Source: Macrostomum lignano | Lineage: Eukaryota | Assembly: GCA_002269645.1 (NCBI GenBank) | Contig: NIVC01000031.1 | Span: 1,116,001-1,180,000 of the forward strand | DNA length: 64,000 nt | Direction: 5' to 3' | In this document: piece after piece, positions 11,801-22,833 of the stretch | How the letters are laid out: every line of letters begins with the position of its first letter | Numbering within the stretch: the first letter of the stretch is position 1 | Translations under genes and position numbers: made by a program | Notes under the pieces: model-generated | The model's input: only the letters and a program-made list of their open reading frames with translations | What the model was told of the DNA's origin: nothing | The model's database searches: none

Positions 11801-13245
11801 TCTAGTAAGCAATATATACCCGCGCCCTACCCTATCCCCAGCCTTACCTGTACTTTTCCAGAGGGGAAATGTCCGGAGGGCAAATGTCCGGAGGGCAAAT
11901 GTCCCCGAGGGCAAATGTCCCCGAGGGCAAATGTCCGGAGGGCAAATGTCCGGAGGGCAAATGTCCCCGAGGGCAAATGTCCTCGAGGGCAAATGTCCGG
12001 AGGGGAAATGCCGGAGGGCAAATGTCCGGAGGGCAAATGCCGGAGGGCAAATGTCCGGTAGCCGCCTTAGCCATGCACGCACTCGAACTAGGTGTACAGA
12101 GGATCAGCTCAAGTTCAATTTCAGTGCTCAAGCCTAGTCGAACCTGGACACTTTGATCACACATGAGTGTCAGAGGCTCAAGGAGTTATACTTAACTTAA
12201 CTTAAATTCCGTTCTATCTACAGCATTTTTGGTCCTTTGGTCCAATTCCAATCGATAGAAAGACTGTTTATACCCACAGTTCATCACAGACGCATTCCCA
12301 ATTAACTTCCACGAGAAGGATCGAAAAATGCTATTTTCATCGAAAAGAGAAGTCCTAGAAGGAGAGGAAAATAAATTGAGAGAAATTGATTTCGCCATCC
12401 AGATAGAAGTTGCAGTAATTATTTTCATTGCCCAGTCAGATAACCGATCTCTGCGCTACTGAGCTGCCACCGGATTCGGGCAAGAGATGTCTGCTTATGA
12501 TTTGGGCGTATCCGCATTCATTTCCTATTTATGTTATTGCGACACACGAAAAGCACAAATAAATGTATAGGTTAAGTCTCGTACTTTGTGGGTGCATTTC
12601 TAAATGAAGAGGCAAGTTAATTCTTTCGGCTAGAATTTTTCAGATTGGAGAATACCTGCATAGAGCGTAGTAGAATTGCCTCACTGATGGTTGTATTATA
12701 CATTCGGTGCCTTTTCGTCTATTTTAGACTATTTTTTGTTGACAGAATATAAGACGAACTAAAATACTTTAGGAAGTGCTTGCTTGCTGCGGATCATGGG
12801 ACAGCAAACTCGCCTGTGGGCCACATGCGGCCCGCAAAGCCTCTCTATCCAGCCCTCGGATCCTTTAAAACTCGCAATAGCAATCCGGCCCGCTCAATGT
12901 TTGTGTCTCTTCTCAGCGCTCCTCTCTCTAATCTCCAATCTCCTCTCTAATCTCCTCTCTACTAGCTTCCTCTCGCATCTCCTCTCCTTTCCTCTCTGCT
13001 CTTCTCTCTCATCTCCCTCTCCTCTCTCCCCTCCTCCGGCCCGCAGTCATTCTCTAGGTTCTCCATCTGGCCCTTGAGGTAAAAGAGATTGTCAATTAAT
13101 TAATATGATAATTTTTTATCTAACACAAAAAAACTGAATTTCAGGCAGCAGTTCGTCGCAGAAATCTAGCGTGATTGCGTCTTACTCATCGGCGGCTGCT
13201 CATGGTGGTAATTATAACAATATGCGACTGGCGCATTGCAGCTGA
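3660..13245 (+). CDS. dvl: Dishevelled (Wnt/PCP scaffold), spliced
   Basis: In-phase exons traced by hand: ~3660-4276 (polyQ; YETAGSILSSDLDTTSFFDSEDE conserved Dvl motif; GT at 4277), 5433-5520 (FSTTT...FRQRQRRAPRISR basic region; cgcag/gtgagt), 8144-9656 (ASSFSSITES, PDZ FLGISIVGQ...GGIYVGSIMKGGAV, DEP RDRVWLKIRIPSAFIG...FSEQCYYIF; GTAAGT at 9657). The probable last exon is 13145-13245 (tttcag, phase 1, ends TGA). The 5' boundary and last exon are less certain. Confidence 0.93.
5540..5818. repeat. (CTA)n microsatellite in Dvl intron 2
   Basis: Long ctactacta run starting just after the donor at 5521. Confidence 0.97.
6345..6655. mobile_element. hAT-like MITE with CT-rich core (copy 1)
   Basis: Ends tgtcggcaaact...agtttgcagacctct form an imperfect inverted repeat. 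Internal atgcggcc/gcctctctatccagcc/gcccttga..gtaaaaag segments are shared with 12800-13095. Confidence 0.55.
6774..7652. repeat. 25-bp minisatellite (CATTTTGGCGCCACAGACAGGCACT) with interspersed 15-bp short units
   Basis: Directly visible tandem array. It is flanked by gcgtcgcca (6658) and tggcgacgcccctg (7747-7760), suggesting a MITE-like wrapper. Confidence 0.95.
11530..12063. mobile_element. Foldback/Mutator-type MITE with tandem-repeat TIRs and 9-bp TSD
   Basis: GCCTTAGCC direct repeat at 11521-11529 and 12064-12072. The left arm is built of (cggacatttgccctc)n and the right arm of the inverse (gagggcaaatgtccg)n. Termini cgcttccggacat / rc ggctaccggacat. Confidence 0.85.
12800..13095. mobile_element. 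hAT-like MITE with CT-rich core (copy 2)
   Basis: gggccacatgcggcccgc...gcctctctatccagcc...CT-rich core...ggcccttgaggtaaaaag; similar to 6345-6655. Confidence 0.55.
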
Positions 13246-15209
13246 CTTCAACATGGCTTAGGATTGCAAAATTTATTGCGCGTACACCTGTCTAGTTTGC
13301 TTTGATTTTGTTCTTTTGATTAAAGTTTTTTAGGTCACGCTTTTTGAACTTTTTAAATTGTAAAATATAACAAAACTAATAAATTGATGATAAATTACGG
13401 ACCAAAACTAGCTGGATAGAGCTATAATAAGTAGCTAAAAGCCCGACCCTGTCCAGTTTATCTGTCAAAATATATAAATTCTAATCAGTTTTTGTTCAAA
13501 TGTAAAACTCGAACATACTTATACGAGCATAACTGGAAATCTTCAGGCAAAAATAAAGTTAGTTTGAAACGACTAAAGCAAAAAATTGTTCCCGGGCAAG
13601 CCAGTCAGGCAGACAGACTTTTGTCCAGGTCAGGTCATTGCAGCGCGCATCATTTGACTCCGAAAATATTACAGCTCGATTCGTCATCGCTCGAAGCTGA
13701 CGCCCTCACGCAGCAGGGCACCTCGCCTCTCCCGCTTGGGTCCAAAATCTAGGATGACAGGCTGTCACAGCCTCGCTTCCTCAATACCAAGCTGTATCCT
13801 TATTCAGTCAGGGAAAAACCCATGCCTCCACGCCATTTCAATCCTTCGAAAAACCTCCCTTAGTCTGCATTCTTTTTTAAGCTCCTCTTTCGACTTGTTT
13901 TCTTGGTAGGGCCTTCTTCTGCCGCCTGAAGCTGTTCAGAAGCCTGACAGACTGCAACTGTTCGTCGCTGATGGGCGTTAGCTAGAAAGTGCAACTCCCG
14001 TGGGAGCCGATTGCATCGCCCAGGAGAAGGCACCCCCAGATTAGCTTTTGTTACTAAGCTTAAATAGCCCTTACGCATGTCGAATTCTTTTGCCAGGCCT
14101 TGATGACTCATGCAAACTGTTTCAACGATGCTGCAGCAATTAAAATTGAGTTGTCAACAAGCAGTCTCATTGACACATTTTTGACACATTTACTTTGACA
14201 AAGTATAAACATCTTTACTATCTAATCGATCTACTGAGAGTTTTGAATGCGATACATGTAAAACATTTCAAATGGAATTAGTTTTAAGTTTTAACTCGCG
14301 TGGATGTTGACATCATGCAAGCTTCTGGCAGCAGTGTTGACTTCCTTAATGGATTGTAGAGTGACTTTTTACCTGTTTATACAAGCATGGGGTAGCTATC
14401 TGTTATTTTTTGCCAATTGACACTGGGGGGGAGAGGTTATAAAAGCATGGTTAACCTTGGCATTTCAGCTTCTAATCACTCAATCGTGATCAGCGTGAAG
14501 CGATGTTCTGTCAGCCATTCAGCTAGTCAACATGATGCATCCGCTCGTATTGGCAGATTGATACAGTCAAACATTCTAGCTAGCTGAAGTTGAACGAGGT
14601 CAGTAAACAAGGTCAGTTTAAGTTATCTAAACGCAAAGCAACTTCAGACAAACCAAGAATCGTCATAGCAATAAACGATGAAGAATTATTTTAGTAGAAT
14701 TCTGCTGGATTTGTGCTCAAGAATAATTCATGTATGCATGTTACAATGAAGTAAAACCACGTGATACCAGAAAAAAGCTGCCTTACAAAAAACATTGTCG
14801 CGTATAGGAAAAAGGACCCATTAACCCGGTGGCTAAATTTAAGTGGAGTCCCAGTAAGTTTTGTTGAGTCTAGTAGCTAGGCTGTATAACAAGTAACTTG
14901 GAAAAGACACTTAAGGTTTTCAGTTCTGTAAAACTTGAGCCAACGGTAGCTTTGTTAAAAATATTTTCGAGATTTGAAACACAAGAGACGACACTGTCAA
15001 CACATGAAATTTTAGCTGAGAGATCAGCTTAAATCTGTGAAGGTAGGTAAGTTATTTTTATATATTTAAGGTTGCTACGAGATTCCAACACATGCACTTA
15101 CGAGTATATAGCCAGCAGTATTGTGTAGCTACGGCTGATGCATACGGGTATAAACATTTACAGACTTCTTCTTTCAGGCCCGTTTTAATTCATAACACCG
15201 GAACTCGAA

Positions 15210-16736
15210 ATGATCTCCAACTTTGTTAACAACGCCTCGTGTACTTGGAGGCACAGCCTACTAATACTATTCATCATGCGATTGTGCACGACCATGACGT
15301 TCAATGCCATGAGAGACGTTCGCATCACCGACTACGTGCAGGACGCCGAGACTGGAAGATGTCACTTCCAAGGAGGAAGCGAGGGAGAAATGTACAAATA
15401 CATAATTTCAGTGTATATAATTGAATTCTTTCTGCCAGCTCTCGGCGGTCTGGTTGCTGATAAGTGGCTTTGCGAGCTGCTTCTACTGCGCATTTCTAGC
15501 GCCGTATTACTGCTAGCTGCTGTTTACTTTGTCGCTGTCGAGATGGCCGGACTCATCTGCATACCGTGGGTGTACCTCTTCGGTCTCCTGCCCGGCTGTC
15601 TTGCCAATGGTATCGGAGTCGCTTCAATGCTTGCAGCGCCTCAGAAACTCACATTCGGACAGATCGGTAGTCCGATTCCCGGCCTGATAGTTTATTACCT
15701 AGCCGCTTCTCTTGGCGAATTAATTGGCTTACTGCCGAGGATAATTCGACCTTCTGTCAATCTGACCTGGGCATTCTGCATTCCGCCGTTGGTACAAATA
15801 GCGGCATCCATTCTGCTTCGACTCGACTGGAGCAGCTATCTGCACCGAGTGCGTCACCAGGCGTCTGATGGTTTCCTATTTCCTACTAAAGCTCGTCTGT
15901 TGCGCTACTTCTTGCTACTAGCACCGCTTGTGCTACTTGTTAACGTTATCAGTTTCGTGCGCGGTGGTCTGTACTGTCAAGAGATAAATTTCTATTTGAA
16001 TCGTACCACAGAAAACTCTACCAGTAGTAACTGCTCCGAGATTTTCATCGGATACAATGCGGGAACTATTTCTACGCTGGTTATGCTTGCGGTATGCTTT
16101 CAGCTTGGCTATTTGAACAGCAAAAATGGTCACATCAGTGCCCGTTTTTATTCTGGAGTGGTCTTGCTGCTACTCTGCCGAGTAGCTTTGATTGCCTGGA
16201 ATTGCTGGGCTGCCATGGAAGATGATCTCTTGCCGCCGAATCCGCAAATGGTTCACAACGTCTACGCAACTGCATCCGCTCTGGATGGAATTAGCAACGC
16301 TCTGGCTCTGGTTGCGGGCTACGAGCTCATGTACAGAGTGGCACCGGCTGGAAGCAAGAATTTAGTCATGGGATTCCTATTCACAATCTGGGCAGTTGGC
16401 ACAAGTATCGCTGGCGTTACTATATTATCTATGATGGAAATTCCTTACAATCAGCCTATTCTTAAACCAGTTTGGGGTAAATCAAACAATCTTTGGGTGT
16501 CCTACGTAGTGATGGTGGTCGAGACAGTTTTTTTGCTTCTGTACTACGGTTGCGTGAGCACGAAAATAGCTGCACGCATGCTTGAGTTCGATGACTACTG
16601 CAGTGAAGAAGCCAGCGAATATGACAGCGAAAATGACAGCAGGAATTTGAATGGCCTGGATTACCAGCGCTACGTCAGCAGCGCTAATGGTGACGAGGTT
16701 GACGAAACACCCGAGAGAAGTTCGAACAGTTTGTAA
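15210..16736 (+). CDS. Divergent SLC15/POT (PTR2)-like MFS transporter, paralog 1
   Basis: 508-aa uninterrupted ORF with many hydrophobic segments. LGGLVADKWL resembles the PTR2 GGxxADxxxG motif, and AGYELMYRVAPAGSKNLVMG resembles the SLC15 GLEFxYxxAPxxMKSxxMG motif. Acidic C-terminal tail. Confidence 0.75.
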   Translation: MISNFVNNASCTWRHSLLILFIMRLCTTMTFNAMRDVRITDYVQDAETGRCHFQGGSEGEMYKYIISVYIIEFFLPALGGLVADKWLCELLLLRISSAVLLLAAVYFVAVEMAGLICIPWVYLFGLLPGCLANGIGVASMLAAPQKLTFGQIGSPIPGLIVYYLAASLGELIGLLPRIIRPSVNLTWAFCIPPLVQIAASILLRLDWSSYLHRVRHQASDGFLFPTKARLLRYFLLLAPLVLLVNVISFVRGGLYCQEINFYLNRTTENSTSSNCSEIFIGYNAGTISTLVMLAVCFQLGYLNSKNGHISARFYSGVVLLLLCRVALIAWNCWAAMEDDLLPPNPQMVHNVYATASALDGISNALALVAGYELMYRVAPAGSKNLVMGFLFTIWAVGTSIAGVTILSMMEIPYNQPILKPVWGKSNNLWVSYVVMVVETVFLLLYYGCVSTKIAARMLEFDDYCSEEASEYDSENDSRNLNGLDYQRYVSSANGDEVDETPERSSNSL

Positions 16737-19364
16737 GTTCAGTTGCGACATTCAAGACAAGTTTGACTTACAATCTCACAGTAATAAACAGAACGTACAT
16801 AACTTTAACCACACGATGTCTTATATCCAACTTTGTAATTTGTAATTTGATTGTTTTTTCTGTTTTTCTAAAACTTGCTTCATTAGTCTAAATGACTTTA
16901 GATTCTAGATTCTAGATGGTATGATAATAGGCTCGTATCTCCTAAAGTGCTGTTTAGACACGTTAATACCTTTTTATGCTATTCGAGAAATTATCAGCAA
17001 CGATCCAAGCGTCTAAACAACTTCAATTGCATTTTATCAGCTTCGTTTTTTGCGTTCTTGATGGCACGGTAACTGACGTGTCGTTCAGCGAGAGGCAGAG
17101 GTTCTAGGCGGGAGCTTCCTAGTCACAGTCTGAACAGTAGTTGACTGCTGCCAAATGATATTAATGTCTCTAGTGTGGAATTTTAAACAGTAAGCAAGAA
17201 GTCCGCAGAGATCGTATTAGATGTGCGCTCGGCACTTTTTTCAAAGCATTGCTTTCAAGTATGAGCTACAAAAGCATGATTTACAATACTTCAGTCGGTT
17301 GAATTGCCCTAAAAAAGCGAACACGAACTTTGCGGCTGTGCCACCAAAACCAGCTATAGTAGACTGAAGTCCATCTATAATAGTCTTATGCTATGCACAA
17401 GCACGCAGGTATAGAAAGACACGTGCATAAAATGTTACTGTAAGTAGAGTAAGACTAATACTGAAGTAGAATTTAAAAGCTTGAATCATGCATGATACTA
17501 TACTAATTATAACGCAAGAGATGAACCAATGAATATTACCTCAAATATATACAACGAATCACGACCCCAAAAGGTAAATAATGCCCGGAGATCTATTGTA
17601 TTCGCTTAATTTCGATTCAACTGTCAAATGGTCAAATTCCAAAAAATTGAACTCGTCACCTCCTCGAAAAATGACCTTATTCTCGCAAGATTCACCTATA
17701 AATACGAGCCAAAAATCCGAGCTGAAATCTCAGACTCGGAGCGGCCCAAAGAGACTCAAAGCAGTTTCTCTAGACTCAGAGCGACCTGACGAGTCAATCA
17801 GGACCATACAGTGTATCTCCGAGGGAAAGTCATACCGATCGGTAAGCCTTCGACGTCATCTTTGTTATTTGATTATCGAGAGCTGAGTCATTGCCGGCCG
17901 TTATTGATAAGTTTATTTCTACTCAGTAATTGAATTTGAGGCCTCCCTATTCCTAAGGGATTGGATGGGATCCACGGGATCGATTCAGACACTCTTAGAC
18001 GATTATTGATTTGATTGATTTTGGTACCCTAGATTAACAGATAAGGGCACACGACTCCGATTCCGATTTTTCTAGAAGAAGACGCCCCTTTTCGGAGGAC
18101 CTTGATATTATTATAAACTGATTATTAGGACGCATCTACGATTTTGATTACTAATCACAAGGAACACTTTAATGGCGGCGGATTAAACTGTTACGATTAT
18201 TAAAGTTGCTCTCGTATTCGGCCGACTTCAGAATCGACAAGGAGTACCCTCAGTGCGCGACTGCAGCTTGAATTACAATTGAAGAGGAGCCCGCTATAGT
18301 AAGTGAACACTAAATTCTGTTCCCAGACTCACGGTCTGGAAGTGGGAATTTTGAGTTACTGATCACCACTCTTGAAATATTCACAGGCAAATGACAGCAG
18401 CCAAAGTCAGCAGTGCTCAATATTCGATTCCATGAATTCCATGAATTCCATGATTCCATCAACGCCCTGTGACGTTGTTTTTGCCTCTCATGACTCGCGT
18501 GACTGCCTTAATACGCGTTTTTTTTGTTGTTGTTGTATGAAGCACCTTTACACCGCTGACGCAGCCGCAGGCATCTTATTTGGAAAATAGATCGACGTCT
18601 CTATTTCAAATTCAATACAACGACTAAAAGAGCTGGCCATCAGAACAACTCTGGTTGCTTTCCTCAAGCCAGTCTTGACCCTACTAATAGTGCGCGCTCA
18701 TGCCAGACTATTTTACGAGTGCCGCGCCTCTTTCAGACAACTTCCAAAAGTGTGCACATCTTCTGATTCTAATCATGGCATCATGGGGTTTTCCCATTCT
18801 ATGCTCTCTAAGCGATATAAGGCAAGGTTACGTAGCTCCTTTTCTCACATATTGTGAGATATTTACGCTGTTCCACCACTTCCAATAACATTAGGATGAA
18901 GTGGACAAACTGCGAGGTTCATTCAAGCTACAAAGAGTTTACTGAAGAGATATTTTTATGAGGCCGGACTTTCAGCACTGATGTGAAGGCACAAGAGTTC
19001 TTATAGAGTTCTTAGAGTTCTTCCTGTCCGATAAAATGGTTTGTTGGGTCAGCCCGTAGTATATGTATTATCTGTAATCGTATACTCGCATTATGCTTGG
19101 AATCGTGCATCAAATTCTGTACTCGTACGTCTATATGGCCAAAGAAGCGAAGCAGAAACAGTAGCATCTACCAGCATCTCAGCAAAGCTTGAAACTGGAT
19201 CATGTCTCAGCGTACATAGAGCGTCAGTCTTCAGCACCAATGGGGATGCTGGAAGCGCCACTGTTGTGGCCGCTGGCCAAAGGAATAAAATCAATTCACT
19301 TGAGACGAAGGAGAGGAAAGGAGAGGTAGCTCTCAGCTAGTGAGCTAGTTAATATATATATATA

Positions 19365-19687
19365 ACGGGTGATCCAAAAAATGGACAAACTTTGTAGTGA
19401 AACTGTGCCAAGGCATGAATATTCCAAATAGTCTTTGGCTTTAAGTTGAAAGTGTCTTTGGTTGTTTCTACAATTACACATCTACTGTCTATGGCTTCAA
19501 GTTGAAAGTGACTGTTGGCTAAATTTAGAATGGCTATTTTAGGAAACTGGATAAAGATATCCATTCCAAAGTTGGCAGAAAAAATCTTACAGGTGTCAGG
19601 ATTCACCTGCTGCGAGCCTGTAAAGATTCACTGTATTGCCTTGGCACAGTTTCACTACAAAGTTTGTCCATTTTTTGGATCACCCGT
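19365..19687. mobile_element. Tc1/mariner-type MITE (~323 bp)
   Basis: ~57-bp near-perfect TIR (acgggtgatccaaaaaatggacaaactttgtagtgaaactgtgccaaggca / inverse), flanked by TA on both sides. Confidence 0.85.
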
Positions 19688-19829
19688 TATATATATTATT
19701 TGACTGATACTCGTAGATGTACATCAGTGCGCGTAAATTACATATTGTCATTGAGCATGCACATTCACAGAATCATCTCCCCGTGCAAAGAGATGACAGA
19801 TTACGGGGTGGGATAAGCAGACGCATTAA

Positions 19830-21585
19830 AGCAAGCAATGTCAATGGAACATTTTTCGGTCCATGAGCAGTCAGTCAAGTCAGTCAATCATGAGTCACAA
19901 CGTTGCCGAACCATTCAGGCGGTGCACGAAGTCTCAGAGCGGCGCAGCGGTGGCGTTGGCGGAACCGCCTCTGGTTGTCCGCCGTCCAGCTTTCCCGGAG
20001 CCTCTGTGTCGTCGGCCCGTCACTCCAGCCGTGGTGGTCATCCAGGATGCAGCGGCTGATGTACCAGTGGCTGCCATCGATCAGAGTGATTGTGTTGCCC
20101 TCGCGACAGACGACTGTCTGCGGCTCGGAGACGCCACTGCTGGGCTTTCCACGGCTTGGCCGGCGGACGCGGCTCTCGACAGTCAACGCTGCGTCCTTCA
20201 GTGGCTGGTTCTGCTTGCGCATCCGGCGGCGGCTCTTGGCCTGCTGCTGTCGCTCCGTGACGCTGCGCCGCAGCTCCTGGTCCGTCGTTGACTCGGTGCT
20301 TGCTGGTTGAAGACGATCGAGAGGCAGGCGGAGCTTCCGTCCCAGCATCAGTTCGGCCGGTGACTTCTTGGTCAGCGCGTGCTCAGATGATCGATACGCT
20401 AGCAGCAGCTCCTGAACCGCCTGCTTCACTGGCACACCGTCGGCGTGTAGTGCACGCAGTGAGGTCTTGATGAAGCCATTGAACTTCTCGACTCCGCCAT
20501 TCTGCCGTGAGCAGTAGAACGGAGTGCGATGGTGCTTGATGCTGAGCGAGCTGAGGAAGTCCGTGAACTCGGTCGACACAAACTGAGGTCTGTTGTCCGT
20601 GGTAATTTCGTCTGGAAGCCCCCAGCGGACGAACAGGCTGCGAAGGGAGGCAGTGGAAGTCACGGATGAAGATGCGATGATCTCAGGCCACTTGGAGTAG
20701 AGATCGAGAACGACGATGAAAAATCGATGAGACTGCGGTACATTGGCATCCGGCAGCTCTCCAACGATATCGACTCGCAGCTGCCGCCATGGACCCGCCG
20801 GTAGCTCCGTCGCTGACCATGGGACCTTGATCTGCTTGAACGCTTTCTCGGACAGGACGCAGGCGCTGCAGTTCCCCACGAAGGCCTTCACGTCGCTATC
20901 AATGCCCGGCCACCAGACCGTGTCGCAGCACCGCGAATTGACCTTGGCGACGCCGAGATGTCCTTGATGCGCCTCTGCCAGCACAAGGTCGCGGAGGTGA
21001 GTCGGGATGACGGCTCGGCCGCCTCTCGTCAGGCAGTTACCATCGTTCTACAGAAAGAGCTAGTGTTGCACCTGGTGGAAGCCCTTCAGGTCGGCTGGAA
21101 CCTCGGCTGGCTATCGGTTGATGGAGGAACCCGATGACTCGCTGCAGTTGGTTGTCGCTCTTGGTTGCATCGGCCAGTTGAGTGACTGAGATCGGCTCGG
21201 CGCTTCTGGCCAGCACCAGGTTGATGTCGGACTCGCTCTGGTGCTGGTCGTTGGACTCTTTGGCTGCGCTCTTGCAGTCGTAGCCGTAGCGAGACAAAAA
21301 GTCGGGCTTTACGTTGAGCTTTCCGGGGTCGTACTCGATGTCGAAGTCGTAGACGAAGAGTCGCTCGCACCTGCGCTGAAGTCAAAGAGGTTGTTGGCCG
21401 ACTCCTCGAGGTGACAGCAGGGTCTTCAGCGCTTGATGGTCGGTGAGAAGCTTGAACTTTCGATCGTACAACAACAGGTGCCAATGCTCGCAGCTCCAGA
21501 CGCAAGCCAGAGCATCCTTTTCCGACGCAGAGTAGCGGCGCTCGGTGTCGGATAGGGCTCGTGAGGCGAAGGTGACTGTCCACTC
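19830..21585 (-). mobile_element. Truncated, decayed Gypsy LTR retrotransposon pol (RNase H + integrase)
   Basis: Minus strand reads FASRALSDTERRYSASEKDALACVW...TDHQAL (RT-RNase H), then HQGHLG...VWWPGID (H2C2 zinc finger) and the rve core (VDIVG, ITTDNRPQF, NGGVEKFN). Stops and frameshifts are present and the 5' part is missing. Confidence 0.92.
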
Positions 21586-22833
21586 AGGCTCTCAGGCTCA
21601 GGCTCATGAATATAAATCCCAAGCTAAAAATTTTATCAAGATTTTTTTACAACCACTAGAAAATAAACTACCAACACATTTGCTCGATAATTTTACCGAC
21701 AATCGTATTGAATTTATCAATCGTAAGATAAACTCTGATATTTACTAATTAAGCATGAATTGTGTGTCATGAATTCACAGAATGAATGGTAACATACGAG
21801 AAATTTAAGTAATACAAAGTTAGCTGATTATTACAGTACGTTTAGGAACCCATAGTAGTCAATAGAGCTTATCCTTCAAAGATTTACATCATCTGCTCCA
21901 ACTGGTGCCTAGGTTCTGTAGATAAGCTATTATACTACACGTATAGGCGCCAGTACTTGTCTTTGCTATCGTCTAGAAGGAAAAATATAACCCAAGGCCT
22001 TACTTTACTTTAATTAAACTGTTAAAACTTAAGCTATGAAGATCTCATACATAGCATATTTTTAATATAATATTACAAATGATTTACAAATGTACAGCAT
22101 TTCGCCCGTACAGCTATTCAATGTCAGCGGCGTCGGTCGATGTGTTCGACTTCGCTGTAAAATTGGTGTTTTACATTGCACCGACGTTCAGCCGAAATGA
22201 TACTCATGCCGATACTGACAATTTGAATGTACAGGTAAGATAAGCTAGTGACTAAAGTTAGCAAAGCTATTTCTTATCTTGTTTTCAAAAATAGCATCCA
22301 TGTTATTATTGGTTAATCTTGCTGTAGATTAGAATGCAACAGCAGCTATATTATGTGCATGTAAATGTTTATTAATTAAAAAAATTCTCTGGTCTCCTGT
22401 AAACGCATAAAAATACGGATTACAGCATTTATAAATTTAAGCATTGCAAAAGTTTCGAAATGGCAAAAATACCACCCTAGCTGAATTGCACGTATATAAA
22501 TTTTCATCTCTATAAAACCGCAGTTGTTTGGTCTGCCATATACTTGCCTAATCTAATCGGTACAGCAGATAAACGGTGCAGCTCTATTTAATGCTAGTCA
22601 ACATCTATATAACTTCATGTAGCGAAAATGAGCCCTATATAAGTCTTTGTAGAAGTCTGGCATGAAATCAGAAGCGCACATAATTACTGCCTACTATTGA
22701 TAATCAAATTAAAAAACTACTAACGGTGAGATGTACGAAGTTTCAGAATTTATTTTAATTTTTTTGTCGCTACCTACGTTCTTTACATGTACGTACATGC
22801 AATCAAATCATCATTATTCTCTTTTTTTCAGAG

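Noticed and set aside
13680-14111. Coding-like minus-strand stretch
   Set aside because: Multiple stops and no recognisable motif; possibly a TE remnant but cannot be supported.
19700-19790. Gypsy PPT/3' LTR start (rc GGGGAGA|TG near 19775)
   Set aside because: No second LTR copy in the window to confirm the boundaries.
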